From contig CAVTET010000006.1 of assembly GCA_963733675.1 (NCBI GenBank), positions 96,001-160,000 of the forward strand: a DNA stretch of 64,000 nt, read 5' to 3'. The position numbers were made by a program, and so were the translations under genes. Numbering within the stretch: position 1 is the stretch's first letter; every line of letters begins with the position of its first letter. This document shows, in pieces, positions 12,596 to 24,264 of this stretch. This stretch comes from an uncultured Methanosarcinaceae archaeon (GTDB lineage Archaea > Halobacteriota > Methanosarcinia > Methanosarcinales > Methanosarcinaceae). The notes under the pieces were generated by a model. That model worked only from the letters and a program-made list of their open reading frames with translations. It searched no databases and was not told the origin of the DNA.

Positions 12596-13615
12596 TTACT
12601 CATCAGCCAGTAATCCATCTTTAACACCTTTTAGAAAACATACAAGTAACGGCTTATTTTTGTGGAGGAGAGCCCATCCAGCAAAAGAGAAGAACTTGAA
12701 TCCAAAGAAATAAGCAAGGAATAATCGGTATTGTTTACACGAAGCATACTGTTTCATGAACCAGAATCGGTTTCTTGTATGCTGATACAGGGCAAATCCC
12801 CTGATCTTATTGCTGGTTACACTTCCTTTATGCCAGATTTTCCCCTTCGGAACATATACAATTTCATAAAATGCTCTTCGTGCACGCACACACCATTCGA
12901 CTTCTTCAAAATAGGCAAAATATTTTTTATTTAAAAGGCCAATTTTGTCTAATAACTCACTTTTTACAAGCAAGGTACAACCAGTTACAGCATCAACTTT
13001 TTGTGTAGATTTTGAGAAATCACCTTCATATACGAGGCTAATAGCATCTCCCTTATTCCACAGAATTTTCAAGCCTGCTGACTGAATACGAGAGGGAAGT
13101 TTATAGTCAAAAATAGTGGGTCCAAGGATCCCGATATTTGGATTCCTTTCCGCGATCTTAATCAATTCATCCAGGAAACAGCTATCTACAACAGTATCAT
13201 TATTCAACAAAAGAATATAATCTGGATTCAGTTTTTCCAATGCATATCTTATTGCGATGTTGTTTCCTTCAGCAAATCCATAGTTCTGATTGTTTTTAAT
13301 TAGGATAAGTTTTTTTTCTGGTGGCAAGTTTTCTATATTTTTTCTTAGTCTGTCACTAATTTCGAGTTCTTCCTGAGAATATTCTATTAGTTGTAGAGGT
13401 TTATTATCCGAATTATACTTAAAAAAGCTTGATTCTATTTTGAGACTTCCAGAAGCGTATTCTTTTATTTTTTCAACTGATTGATCTTTTGAATCATTAT
13501 CTACAACAACAACATCATAATTTGGATATTCGATCTGATAAACAGATTCCAAACATTCTATTGTATCTTCCCAACCATTCAGGTTGAGGATTATAATAGT
13601 AACTTTAAAAACCAT
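12596..13615 (-). CDS. GT2 glycosyltransferase (rhamnosyltransferase-like)
   Basis: VVVVDNDS, NYGFAEGNN, LLLNNDT, YFEEVEWC, KIWHKGS. Confidence 0.92.
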   Translation of the reverse strand: MVFKVTIIILNLNGWEDTIECLESVYQIEYPNYDVVVVDNDSKDQSVEKIKEYASGSLKIESSFFKYNSDNKPLQLIEYSQEELEISDRLRKNIENLPPEKKLILIKNNQNYGFAEGNNIAIRYALEKLNPDYILLLNNDTVVDSCFLDELIKIAERNPNIGILGPTIFDYKLPSRIQSAGLKILWNKGDAISLVYEGDFSKSTQKVDAVTGCTLLVKSELLDKIGLLNKKYFAYFEEVEWCVRARRAFYEIVYVPKGKIWHKGSVTSNKIRGFALYQHTRNRFWFMKQYASCKQYRLFLAYFFGFKFFSFAGWALLHKNKPLLVCFLKGVKDGLLADE

Positions 13616-13645
13616 TGTTATTACCGACTCATTCTGTCTTGCGTA

Positions 13646-13751
13646 TAGGACTTATGCGGTTGAATTGAAAAATTATTGGCATTATATAAAATCAAACTTT
13701 ACAAATTAATGGGTATCGTATTAGATTCAATATTTCAAGTGTGTAAGTCCG
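13646..13751. mobile_element. MITE with AGGACTTA-type ends, followed by IS debris to ~14350
   Basis: taggacttatgcggttgaa / ttcaagtgtgtaagtccga inverted ends; a third end taggacttaagcag at ~13765. Confidence 0.5.
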
Positions 13752-14984
13752 AATGTATAAATCTTAGGACTTAAGCAGTAACAGATTTTGAACATTGTTT
13801 CCCTTTTACTTATTTAATATAGCAATAAATTTAATTTGTATTTTGACCTGTTTAAAATATACCGTTGTTATAACTTTATATAATTTTATTTTATTTTATT
13901 CATGAATCAAAATATTCCATTTTCTAATTCTTTGTAACTTCAACTTTAGGAAAGTTCTCGATTAAACCATTACAAATGCCTGAGGACTCTTTTTTCTTTT
14001 TCTGTTCATTATTATTTGATTTTAAAGATAGCTTTAGTTATCATTAAAATACTCCTTTTATTTCCAATGTCCTCAATTGATGGCGATTATAACACAAAGC
14101 TGTACATGACATCTTCAGAAAATTTCAATAAACCTAATATTGAGCTGATTGCTTATAACGCTTATATATACAATTTGTTGAAATCGGAGGTTAATCTAAA
14201 TTTTCTATAGGCTTCCAATTCTATAGGGTTAGGTGTATCTTGCAGGGTATTATAAAGACACATAATATTTTTTATTAGACTGTTATTATCTGCTAGCAAG
14301 TTTGTATAATTTACTAATAGTTCTAGTCTCTTGCTGGCATTCGCGGTCTTCTAATAACTACTTAAGACATTGAATCATGGCAGAAGTGGGGCTGTTATAT
14401 CAAGCATTTACTATATTGCTATACAACTCAATTATCACCCACACGCACAATTTACACTTGTCTTCTGGCATATACGCAATACATGACATGAGTAAAAAAA
14501 TGCTTTTAAAAAGCTAGAAAATTATTCCAAATATTAGTATTGTAATTATATATAAGTTATAATAAAACATAGTATTTCATGAGTTTTGAGTCCATGTTTA
14601 CCTTAAAATCAAGGCAAAACTGCAAAAACGCAGGGGTTTTGGTATAAAATGTCTGTATATTCTCAATGTAAACTCTTCATTACTATTCTATTCACTAATA
14701 ACCCGAACCCATAAACTTAGAAGTATAGAAAAACGTACATTTAATTAATTTCAAACAAATTAGTTTGTTTACAGTTCAATTTGCTTTTTTGTCTATAATG
14801 ATTTAATGCTGAATGTTATGTCCTTTTCACGATTATAATTCAGGATGCCTATTGCTTCAGATGTGGGTTCCCTATCGTTAATAGTAAATCTAAATAAGGG
14901 ATAGGCCACTGATAGGCTCAAGGTAAGGTTCTCATTCGATGGCAATGGAAAAGTAAAATATAGCAATTAGTAGATTAAGATAAT

Positions 14985-15434
14985 GCCAGAACACCGAAAT
15001 ACCCTACCTGTTTATTAATGCTACTCGTTTTAAGGTTAGAGATGGACTTCATTATGAAAACCCAGCTTTCTTTTTAGTTACTAGGATAAGGGATGACGGG
15101 TACCGTGAAATTTTTGGAACAAAATTAGCAGACAGTGAATAATTTCTTTTCTGGGAAGATCTTTTCGTTGATCTGAGATAAAGAGGTTTAAGAGGTGTCA
15201 AGTTAGTCATCTCTGATGGTCATAAAGGGATACAGAAAGAAGTTAAAGAATTCATTATTAAATCAGGCTGGCAGATGTGTCACTCACATCTGATAGACAA
15301 GTTCTCAAGAAGGTGCCGAACAAGAAGTAAAATGAAGACCAGCTAACAGGAAACAAGTATGGTAATAATGGGATAGTAATCAAAAAAGAAGATTAAGGGT
15401 AAAGAGCAAATTTTATATAATTAGGCACACCGCC
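14985..15434 (+). mobile_element. IS256-family transposase remnant with right end
   Basis: IPYLFINATRFKVRDGLHYEN, RDDGYREI, RGLRGVKLVISDGHKGI, WQMCH with internal stops. Confidence 0.85.
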
Positions 15435-15629
15435 GGATCCCATCAATGCACTCAATATTCGAGATGTTTCGGCATTAATCGATAGGTCACGTTCAAATGT
15501 TTGTGTCGTTTTTAAAATCTAGTGATTTTTGATTTTTAAGTTACCACTAAATTTTGATATTGTTTCAAAAACGATATCAAAAAAATATTTTAGTTTTTAA
15601 TGTCGACTTGCCAGAAATAGGATAATAGT

Positions 15630-18600
15630 TTAATGTAATTTGCGGAAAAACTCTTCAACCACATAGGTCCTAGTTCTATTAAAAACATTATTTTTAAAGA
15701 ATTGAATTAGTCTCCTGGGTAAATTTGCACAGAATCCAATTTCTCTATGTGAAGTTTCATTGAGGTCATATAACTTTGTTGTGAATATATATTTAAAAAG
15801 GTCAATGTTGGTGAAAGCATTATAAGAGAAGTGTAGAGGGCTGATAGATTTCAAGCAAGTTATGTAGACTGCATCATATTCGGAAATCATTAAATCTAAA
15901 TTTTTCAAATTTATATCATGGATCTCGTTAGTTTTCGCTATATATTCTTCAGGCTTTGATATAATCTGAAGTATTTTGCTTTCGATATTTTTTGTTTCAA
16001 ATACATCTATGATCCATCCACCTCCATTTTTTTCCACTCTTTCTTTTAGGGCACCTAGATTCGAAACCAATACTGGGATTCCTATCGCCCAGCTTTCGGA
16101 TAAAGTGTATGAAAAGGTCTCTGGTGATTTTGCAGGAAATATCACCAAGTCTACTTCGTTTTCTAAAATCAGTTTTCTAAGTTCCTGAAAATCATCGTAT
16201 TTACCATAAATCGTCACATTCAAATTCTTATAATACCCCGACCTAAAATGTTTATCTGAGACTCCAAAAATGCTCCACTTTGTTTTACCTCTTAATTTTT
16301 TTGATTTTGCTAGCTCATAAAATATTTCCCTACCTTTTAGAAGGTATAGTATTCCTATAAATGCAATGTGAATGGTTCTATTATGGATATCTCTGAATTT
16401 TTTGATCATGTCTTTACTTATTAATAACTCTTTATTGTGTCCATGTCCTATTACTGTAGATTTTCCATCGATATTAGGATAATAGATACTTAATATATCG
16501 AGTGCAGACTTAGTTGGAGTAATTAGAAGAGCAGTTATTTCAAAAATATCCGTAAAATGGTTTCTCCATGATGTAATAAAATTTGACTTGAGTCCCAATT
16601 TTCTCAAGCATATTTCACATTCAGTTAAATTAGTTTTCCCGTGACAATATTTATCGTTATAATTAATTAAATTAATTCTCGGACAGACAGAATAAAAATC
16701 ATGAATTGAGAACACAATAGGAATGTTTCTTATCTTTGCTATATTGAATATATCAAAAGGGTGGCCAATCAAGTGATGTACATGTATTAAATCTATCTGG
16801 AAAGTATCTATGATACTGGAAACAATTTTTTCATATTCCTCATTATGAAATTCGAATTTATTTATTTGTGAATTCATCAAAAAGACATATTTTAAAATAT
16901 TATTATTGTTTATTTCGGTTAATATTATTTGATTATTTATAACTTGTACCACAAATAGTTTATAGTGTTTGTTTAATTTTTGAATTAAATCTTGTACATG
17001 AGTCTCTGTTCCACCACCTAATGTGTGAAGTATATACATTATTTTTTTTTTTGAGACATCCCACGTCTGTATCCTTAAATGTATATTTTCATTTAATTTT
17101 TTCAACAGATTTGAGTTGATGAATTGATTAATTGTAGGAAAGTATTCAGGATACATTCTTGAGATGGTATCTAAATTTTTATTTGTATCTTCTGATTTAC
17201 TTGCTGAAAAAGATGCTTCACCTCTATGAAATATAAAGGTATCATCACAAAGCACATTTTTGTATCCTGCATAAATAGCTCTCATACTAAAGTCGTTTTC
17301 TTCTCCATAATCTTTTCCAAATGTTTCCTGATCAAAATAATCGATTTTATCAAGAATTTCTCTCTTAATATACATACAAAAATCAACAGCTTTTGGGATT
17401 TCAGGATATATCTTAAATGATATTTGCTCAATAAAATCAGCAAAGGATTCTATAGAGAATCCTGTTGGGACTTCATTAACTTCGCAAAAGTTTGGAATCG
17501 AACAAATTGCACTATTGTTGGTAAATGGTGTAACTGTACCAATTTTATCATCAATGTTTGCACATTCTTTTAGTTTGTGTATCCAGTTTTTGGTCACGAT
17601 CGTATTGCTGTTAAGAAGTATTACATCTTTTTTCGAAAATTTAATGCCTCTGTTTACTGTTTTCATAAATCCTTGATTTTCAAAGTTTTCTAGGAGAACT
17701 AGATTTTTAGATTTGAAAGGCTTTAATTTTAAGAATAAGTCTTTTATTTTAAGATCAGTACTGTTATCATTGATTAAAATAATTCGAGAGCCTTCTTGGT
17801 GAAAAAGAACGCTTAGTAGGCATCTTATCAAATCTTCATAAGCATTATAAACAGGGATAATAATATCTAGTCCAATGTCATTCGATTGATTCGTTTTTTT
17901 TGCCATAAGGCATTCAAATATTTTTTTTACATAATGATTTTTTTCGATAACAAAAGCATGTAATTTTTTTTCCTCGATCTCATCATCTATGCAATCGATA
18001 ACTTTAAGTAAATCTGGCTCTTTTGAGCGAAACTGATCTAAAATATTTTTAACAACGGATTTCTGACTTTCGTATTTTGGTTTATGATCGTCTAAATTCT
18101 CAGTTTTGACATTCCTCTGTAAGTCCATTATTTCGTTAGTTATATATATTCCTTCAGAGACTATGAGGTAAAGAATCCCACCAGGTTTTAAAATATTTAG
18201 ACAATCATGTAGAATCTTTTCTGCGTTTGTTTCCTGATCTATGATATCAGCAACTATGCAAAAATCTAATTGTTTATCTTTAAACTCCTTAAAACCCTGT
18301 TTTTTGTCAAAAGGATACGCCTTTACAGGCGTAGATTCTGAATAGTCATGTCCTCCTACTTCAACTGAGCTTTCCTTATTTATACCTAAAATACAAGAAG
18401 CATCTATATGAGTAATTGATGCATTACTTGGGATGTCAAATGACTTATTCATTGGTCCAATTTGAATTCCCTTACCACGGATATATTTTGCTGCTAGTTC
18501 CGAAAATCTGCTTTTTACGGGATTTTTAGAAAGATTAATTTCAATTCCTATTTCTTTGGATTTCATATTTTTGGTTTTAAGTGCTTTATTTACCCAATTC

Positions 18601-18719
18601 CTCCCACTTTGCAATCCTGTATCGTATACTTGTCTTCTTGTCGTATTAATGGGGAAAACTCGCTCAACAAATCCATCGTGGAAATTCATTGATAACTGGG
18701 ATAATATAGTCCTTTTCAT
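15630..18719 (-). CDS. Large multidomain glycosyltransferase (methyltransferase-like + GT2 + GT4)
   Basis: ILKPGGILYL; IIIPVYNA, NQGFMKTVNRG, YGEENDFSMRA; HTLGGGTETHV, HVHHL, PETFSYTLSE. Confidence 0.88.
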   Translation of the reverse strand: MKRTILSQLSMNFHDGFVERVFPINTTRRQVYDTGLQSGRNWVNKALKTKNMKSKEIGIEINLSKNPVKSRFSELAAKYIRGKGIQIGPMNKSFDIPSNASITHIDASCILGINKESSVEVGGHDYSESTPVKAYPFDKKQGFKEFKDKQLDFCIVADIIDQETNAEKILHDCLNILKPGGILYLIVSEGIYITNEIMDLQRNVKTENLDDHKPKYESQKSVVKNILDQFRSKEPDLLKVIDCIDDEIEEKKLHAFVIEKNHYVKKIFECLMAKKTNQSNDIGLDIIIPVYNAYEDLIRCLLSVLFHQEGSRIILINDNSTDLKIKDLFLKLKPFKSKNLVLLENFENQGFMKTVNRGIKFSKKDVILLNSNTIVTKNWIHKLKECANIDDKIGTVTPFTNNSAICSIPNFCEVNEVPTGFSIESFADFIEQISFKIYPEIPKAVDFCMYIKREILDKIDYFDQETFGKDYGEENDFSMRAIYAGYKNVLCDDTFIFHRGEASFSASKSEDTNKNLDTISRMYPEYFPTINQFINSNLLKKLNENIHLRIQTWDVSKKKIMYILHTLGGGTETHVQDLIQKLNKHYKLFVVQVINNQIILTEINNNNILKYVFLMNSQINKFEFHNEEYEKIVSSIIDTFQIDLIHVHHLIGHPFDIFNIAKIRNIPIVFSIHDFYSVCPRINLINYNDKYCHGKTNLTECEICLRKLGLKSNFITSWRNHFTDIFEITALLITPTKSALDILSIYYPNIDGKSTVIGHGHNKELLISKDMIKKFRDIHNRTIHIAFIGILYLLKGREIFYELAKSKKLRGKTKWSIFGVSDKHFRSGYYKNLNVTIYGKYDDFQELRKLILENEVDLVIFPAKSPETFSYTLSESWAIGIPVLVSNLGALKERVEKNGGGWIIDVFETKNIESKILQIISKPEEYIAKTNEIHDINLKNLDLMISEYDAVYITCLKSISPLHFSYNAFTNIDLFKYIFTTKLYDLNETSHREIGFCANLPRRLIQFFKNNVFNRTRTYVVEEFFRKLH

Positions 18720-18839
18720 TTTGCTATTTTCATCTCCAAGTTACTCCCGTATATATCATTAAAACTAACCACATCCGCTTAATCTATAAGTTCTTTTATT
18801 CGCACTTCAATAATAGCAACTTGAATCTTACCTGAATTA

Positions 18840-18970
18840 GACAACTTGTGACTTCTCCTTTGCCTCACACAAATGGTATATGCGGGGAGATAATTCCAAT
18901 CTTTATATACTAAATATGTCTTGTATAAATTGTTCACATAAAGTAATTGTGTGAGTTGAAATACAATTCC
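18840..18970 (+). mobile_element. IS200/IS605-type end remnant
   Basis: Similar to 24920-25050 (cctcac..., tatgcgggg, ctttatatac, aattgtgtgagttgaaa). Confidence 0.5.
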
Positions 18971-19065
18971 CGATTAAATAGAAAATTCGTATATTTTTAT
19001 TGTTTTTTCAAAACTTCTTCCCAATCCATTACCTATTTCGAACCATTTTCTTTTTCTTTTGAATC
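18964..19065 (-). pseudogene. Orphan copy of the 3' end of the GT4 gene at 23013-24119
   Basis: attaaatagaaaattc...tcttcccaatccattacc...gaaccatttt matches 23011-23095. Confidence 0.7.
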
Positions 19066-19614
19066 ATGTATCTTTTTATAGAACGAAGCGCAAAACTCCA
19101 AGGTCTTCATCCTAGGGTATATAAACGTCAACTTCAACCTTGGTTCAGTCTATATATTTAGAGTATGTAAAATATTTGTGCCTGTTATTCGAGGAATTTT
19201 ATGTTTATCTTGAATCAAACCCAGAAAGATTAGAGATGTATAGTATACTATAGAAGGATAGAATAATATTATTATACTCTTATATTAAATATGTTAAGAC
19301 CTAGTATAACTTACGTTATCTTCTGCTCTATATAGCAAAGACCTATTCACAAAAATTGTGTCCAGTCTCTACTACATAAAAATCTAATCCATATAATGGG
19401 ACGATACAATCAACAGATGCAACTCGTGGGTCCAATACTAAATCTTTTCCCTGTGATAGATATTCTATAATAAATTTAACCATATATAATAAATTTAAAT
19501 TGATTAAATTCATGATTATATGAAATCTTTATGCTCTAAGAAATCTTTCTTTAATCGGCCATAAAAAGCAGATCTTCAAGCTAAAAGATTAATTTTAAAC
19601 GAAGATTTTGAGAT

Positions 19615-20409
19615 GTGATCGAAATAATGATTTCTGTTGTTTGTGTTTATAATAATAAAAAAATATTTAACGATTTTCTGCTTAAAAGTTTGAAATATCA
19701 AACTGTCGAATTTGAGCTAATTGGAATTAATAATACCTCTGATGAATTCAAGTCTGCAGCTGAAGCTCTTAACTATGGAGGAAAAAAATCCAGGAACAAA
19801 TACATAATGTTTGTTCATCAAGACGTGAGTTTCTTTCCAAATTTCTGGCTTGAAGAGATTGAGATATTTCTGAATTCTATAACTAATTTAGGAATTGCTG
19901 GGGTAGCTGGCATGAGTGAGTCTGGCGGTTCTAATCAGGAAAGAGGAAGAAATATTATAACACACGGGAAGCCCCCACAATTTTGGCTATGGGGGAATAA
20001 AATACAAAAGCCCGAACCAGTACAAACACTTGACGAATGCTTGATAATAATTCCAAAATCCATTTTTAATGTTCTTGAATTTGATGAAAAAATAATAGTT
20101 GACTGGCATTTGTATGCAGTAGACTACTGCCTCAGTGCTAAAGAAAAAGGATTCGAAGTTTATGTGCTTCCGATGGAGATTTATCATTTATCAAGTGCAA
20201 TCAGCAAAAAAAAAAATCCATCATTAGTAGGTCCGCTTCCTGATATGTATTATGTGACTCTTGATAAATTAATTAAAAAGCACTGCGATTCGTTTAAAAG
20301 GATTTATACAACTTGTGGAGATTGGAGTACTTCATATCCTTCAATTATTCAAAGAAGTTATTACATGCAAAGGTTCATTATGGGTTTAGAAAAATTATTT
20401 CGGCATTAA
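19615..20409 (+). CDS. GT2-like glycosyltransferase (Glyco_tranf_2_5)
   Basis: SAAEALNYG, MFVHQDV, VQTLDECL, WHLYAVDYCL. Confidence 0.88.
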   Translation: MIEIMISVVCVYNNKKIFNDFLLKSLKYQTVEFELIGINNTSDEFKSAAEALNYGGKKSRNKYIMFVHQDVSFFPNFWLEEIEIFLNSITNLGIAGVAGMSESGGSNQERGRNIITHGKPPQFWLWGNKIQKPEPVQTLDECLIIIPKSIFNVLEFDEKIIVDWHLYAVDYCLSAKEKGFEVYVLPMEIYHLSSAISKKKNPSLVGPLPDMYYVTLDKLIKKHCDSFKRIYTTCGDWSTSYPSIIQRSYYMQRFIMGLEKLFRH

Positions 20410-20526
20410 AATTACCTTGAATTTAATTTTGAACACTCAATTTTTGTATTTTTATGGAAAATTTATCGTGGATCGCAAAAAATTTATACTTAATATAAAC
20501 TACGTTGGCAGCCGGCGTCATTTTCT

Positions 20527-20750
20527 TTAGAGAATTTTGATAAATACCTAGGATTTGATATTAGGGAGTTTAGATCTCTTAACAGTCATTTTCACTCATG
20601 AAAAATTTTACTATTTTGCTCTTAAAAAGGATATAAACGTCTTTAGTTAGTTGAAGACAAACTTGCTGAAATTGATTCCCTAATGGCTTGGAAACCTTTT
20701 CGTATCATTTTTGAATCCATATATTTGAACAAAACAATTTCAGGAAACAG
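20527..20750 (+). mobile_element. IS5-family element left end and N-terminal transposase remnant
   Basis: IR tagagaattttgataaa followed by YKRL..VEDKLAEIDSLMAWKPFRII; probable parent of the ~90-bp MITEs. Confidence 0.7.
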
Positions 20751-21194
20751 GAATACAGAAAACTAGCAAAACTTTAGTATTAAGGTTGCTGTTTTCCTAG
20801 TCGTTTTTGGGAGCAGCTTAATAAAATGTCTTTAAACCATTGATACGAGATACCAGCATAAAATATCTCAAATTTTAACTCGAATATTTATCAATGATAT
20901 AAATTATTTTTGTTACTATATTTTTCTCTCTGTATTTATCACCTATAATAAAGAATTATTTGATATCCCATATATTATTCAAATCAAATTGAGTACGGCT
21001 ACAACATCATAAATGATGAGGTATGCTATGGGCCATCGCCAAATTTTTAGGGAATCATTTAGTATGCTTTGACAAAATTTTCTGAAGATATTGATGCATT
21101 ACCAACTCTTGTGATCAGGGTAGCAAAAAATCTCATTTTACAAAGAATCAATGATATCGAGATTTAAATGAAACAAAAGAGAGGCAAGGGTTCA

Positions 21195-21253
21195 CTTCGT
21201 CCTCTGCATAAAGGAAGAGGTATTCGTAATCCACCGCGCTCCAGATGTAATAA
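21195..21253 (+). mobile_element. IS200/IS605-type end hairpin
   Basis: cctctgcataaaggaagagg hairpin followed by ccgcgctccagatgtaataa. Confidence 0.4.
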
Positions 21254-21329
21254 CTTACACATATTGTTATACGTATGTGGAATGTAATGTGAAACAAGTC
21301 GAAATCTATAATTATAATACTTATAAAGA

Positions 21330-22144
21330 TAAAGGAGATCTCTTCATCTCAATAACCCCCAAAATGATAGCTGAAACATAATACATTGATACAGGTATCT
21401 ATCAGGCTGTGATGGGGTATCACAAAAATAGTAAATGCTGTAAATTCTCAGGAAAATTTCTGGAAATAAAAACTCCAAGAATTGATAAATATTGAAATCC
21501 AAAATTGGATTCTATCAAATCATGAAGGAATCAGTGTAAAGGTAAAAAGAAATGTTCCAAAAAGAGTAAAAGATACCTTCGACTACATAGAACTTATCGA
21601 AAAATGGGGAGAAAATAAATATAATCAATTAAAGGATTTCTAACATAAGCTTTCCCGAAAAATGATTGCAATACGAAAGCTAATATCGTTCTAATTGGAG
21701 ATTTGAAAGTCAAAAAGATAGTTCAATCGAAAAAACAAAAAGGAAAAGTAAAAAATTTTTGAATAGATCTACTCAGAATCAAGGTTATCTTTCCCACTTC
21801 ATTGAACTCTTGACCCATAAAGCATAACTTTTAGGTAAGAAAGTGATAATAATTGATGAGAGCTATACTTCCAAAGAGTGCTGTATCTGTAAAGTAAAAC
21901 ATGATATGTCACTTTGGGAATGAATTATGTCTTGAGATTGTGGAAACATAATCGATAGATATCTGAATAGTGCAATTAATTCATGAAATGCTTCCTCTCA
22001 CAAAATGCTTCGCGGACAAGCTACCAACACTTTGTTGGTAATTTACAAACGGGTTTACCGATGTTTAGTAATAGCGATCTCATTAATCAATTGACGTAAA
22101 TATTTGTGTGAAGCTCCTGAGCCTTTAGCTCGGGGGTAGTTCAC
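21330..22144 (+). pseudogene. tnpB: TnpB (IS200/IS605) pseudogene with right end
   Basis: IGDLKVKK, NRSTQNQGYLSHFIELLTHKA, IDESYTSKECCIC, DCGNIIDRYLNSAIN; right-end hairpin cctgagcctttagctcggg then gtagttcac. Confidence 0.85.
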
Positions 22145-22249
22145 TACAGCACTGCTTAATCAGACGTAAAATATGCTTGCTGCAAAGCAGGGTACCATAT
22201 TAATCGTTCTAATCCCGAAAATTTTGATAAAAAAACGATATGGTTTAGT

Positions 22250-23004
22250 ATGTGATAATAGTAAAATTTAAGCTAATTTGTTTGTCTTGATCCGTTTATT
22301 TTTATTTTTTATGTGTTCAGCTATGGATTTTGGTTGAAAAAATAACTTATAGCCACTTTACTAAGCCTGAAGTTCAGATCGTTTTATTCCCTGCTATATA
22401 TGCCATTATACGCTTTTTTCTCGTAGTCTCCCCAGCTTCTCGGGGTACTTCTGTCATGCAGATAGCGTGCATGGTCGGTTACAGTTTCTTGAACCTCTTC
22501 AAAGTCTTCAGTATATTCTATACATCTTCTGTCTACTTATTAAGCACAAAGGGAAGCTTTTTAGCATTAGCTTCTTTTTATAAAATTCTGCAGTAATTTG
22601 CGAAATAGGGTTATCTTCAAGTAATCTTGGAACTACTGTCCCGATTTTAATTTCCGATGAAACACGTGAATTATATGTCTTGACCAAAGTTTCAACACAG
22701 TCAGGTAATTAAATCAAATCATCTTCTATGATAAAAACAAAATCTCCTTTAGAGTGGGATAAGTCAATGTTTCGGTTACCAAGAGTTCCATGATTAGCTT
22801 TGTTTATTTATACTTTGATCCATAGTCAAACTTCGTACATTCCTCAGCGACAGATGATGTTTCATCCTTTGAGCCGTCATCGGAATTAATTAGTTCCCAG
22901 TTATCATATGTCTGGTTCAATACCGAATTAACGCATCTTTTTATTAATTCGGCCCTGTTGTAAGTTGGCAAAATTATTGATACCAGTTGTTCTTTCATAA
23001 GCAA
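22250..23004 (-). pseudogene. GT2 glycosyltransferase pseudogene
   Basis: VSIILPTYNR...DDGSKDET, then after a frameshift GNRNIDLSHSKGDFVFIIEDD. Confidence 0.8.
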
Positions 23005-23012
23005 GTTCCCAA

Positions 23013-24119
23013 TTAAATAGAAAATTCATATATCTTTATTATTCTTTCAGTAACTTCTTCCCAATCCATTACCGATTTTGAACCATTTTTGTTTTCTTTT
23101 TTACCTTTCTTCAAGTCCCTTACAGCCTTCACAACCTTTTTTGTGGTAATAGGCATTTCAATTCCCACACAGGCTTTCCCATCCACAAACTCCTCAAGTG
23201 CACTTCCTTCTGCCACTATACACGGAGTTCCCGAAGCCAGTGCCTCAGCAACCGTTATCCCGTATGCCTCATGGGAAGAGAGCATGAGAAATACATCGGC
23301 ATTTGCATAGCATTCAAGTAGCTCTTTCCTTGAAAGGTTTTTTAACCACTCAATCTTTTTTTCCGCTCCGAGTTTTTTCGCCATGCTGCGAAGTTCTGCT
23401 TCGTATGGCCCCTTCCCCACGACCCTCAACCTGAAATCATGAAGCTCAGGCAAACCCTGTATAATATACTGTACTCCTTTATACTCCTCCAAGCGGCCTA
23501 CATAGAGAATAGTTTTCAGTCTTCCGGTTTTCTCTTCTAAATCTATTTCAAGTTGCCTCAGATTTTCGAACTCTTTGAGGTTTATTCCGTTAGGGATTTT
23601 TATAGTTTTTGCGGCAACTTTAAAATCCGATTCTACGAGTTTCTTTTCATACTCAGACACACATATTACGGAATCTGCCCTGGAAAAAATCCTCCTCCCG
23701 AAAAGCTTATACGGCTTATGAAGCAGGTTCCTTAAAACAGTATGACCGTGCCGGTGATAATGGGGCGTAAATACGAATTTCCCCCCACCTCTGACTAGGG
23801 ACGCAAAGAATGCAGGAAGAGCATGGTAGCTGTGTGCATGAATTATATCATAGTTATGTTTTTTCAGGTAAAAATAGATATGGGGAGCAAAGTAATATGC
23901 ATTTCCTGGTGCAACAGATCCGAACCTGATAACCTTTACTCCATTTATCATATCTTTTTTATTCAATTTTACCGTGGAATCCGTTGTTATGACCTCGACA
24001 TCATGCCCTGCTTTAACCAGCTTTTCACTGATCTCTTTTACATGAGTTTCCACTCCTCCTATATTAGGGAAGTAACGTGGGCATATCTGGGCTATTTTCA
24101 AGGAGAACCTCTTTTTCAT
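23013..24119 (-). CDS. GT4 glycosyltransferase
   Basis: IGGVETHV, IHAHSYH, IPNGI, VGRLEEYKG, EAYGITVAEALASG. Confidence 0.93.
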   Translation of the reverse strand: MKKRFSLKIAQICPRYFPNIGGVETHVKEISEKLVKAGHDVEVITTDSTVKLNKKDMINGVKVIRFGSVAPGNAYYFAPHIYFYLKKHNYDIIHAHSYHALPAFFASLVRGGGKFVFTPHYHRHGHTVLRNLLHKPYKLFGRRIFSRADSVICVSEYEKKLVESDFKVAAKTIKIPNGINLKEFENLRQLEIDLEEKTGRLKTILYVGRLEEYKGVQYIIQGLPELHDFRLRVVGKGPYEAELRSMAKKLGAEKKIEWLKNLSRKELLECYANADVFLMLSSHEAYGITVAEALASGTPCIVAEGSALEEFVDGKACVGIEMPITTKKVVKAVRDLKKGKKENKNGSKSVMDWEEVTERIIKIYEFSI

Positions 24120-24264
24120 TGAAACTTATACTAAATAATACATTAGTTTAATATATAGATAATGTGATAATTTTGGTAAATGACATCTAACAAAAGCATC
24201 TGCATATTCGGATATTCAAAATTTTTTTAAGCTGTAGTAGTTATTACCCATCTTTCTAGCAAAT

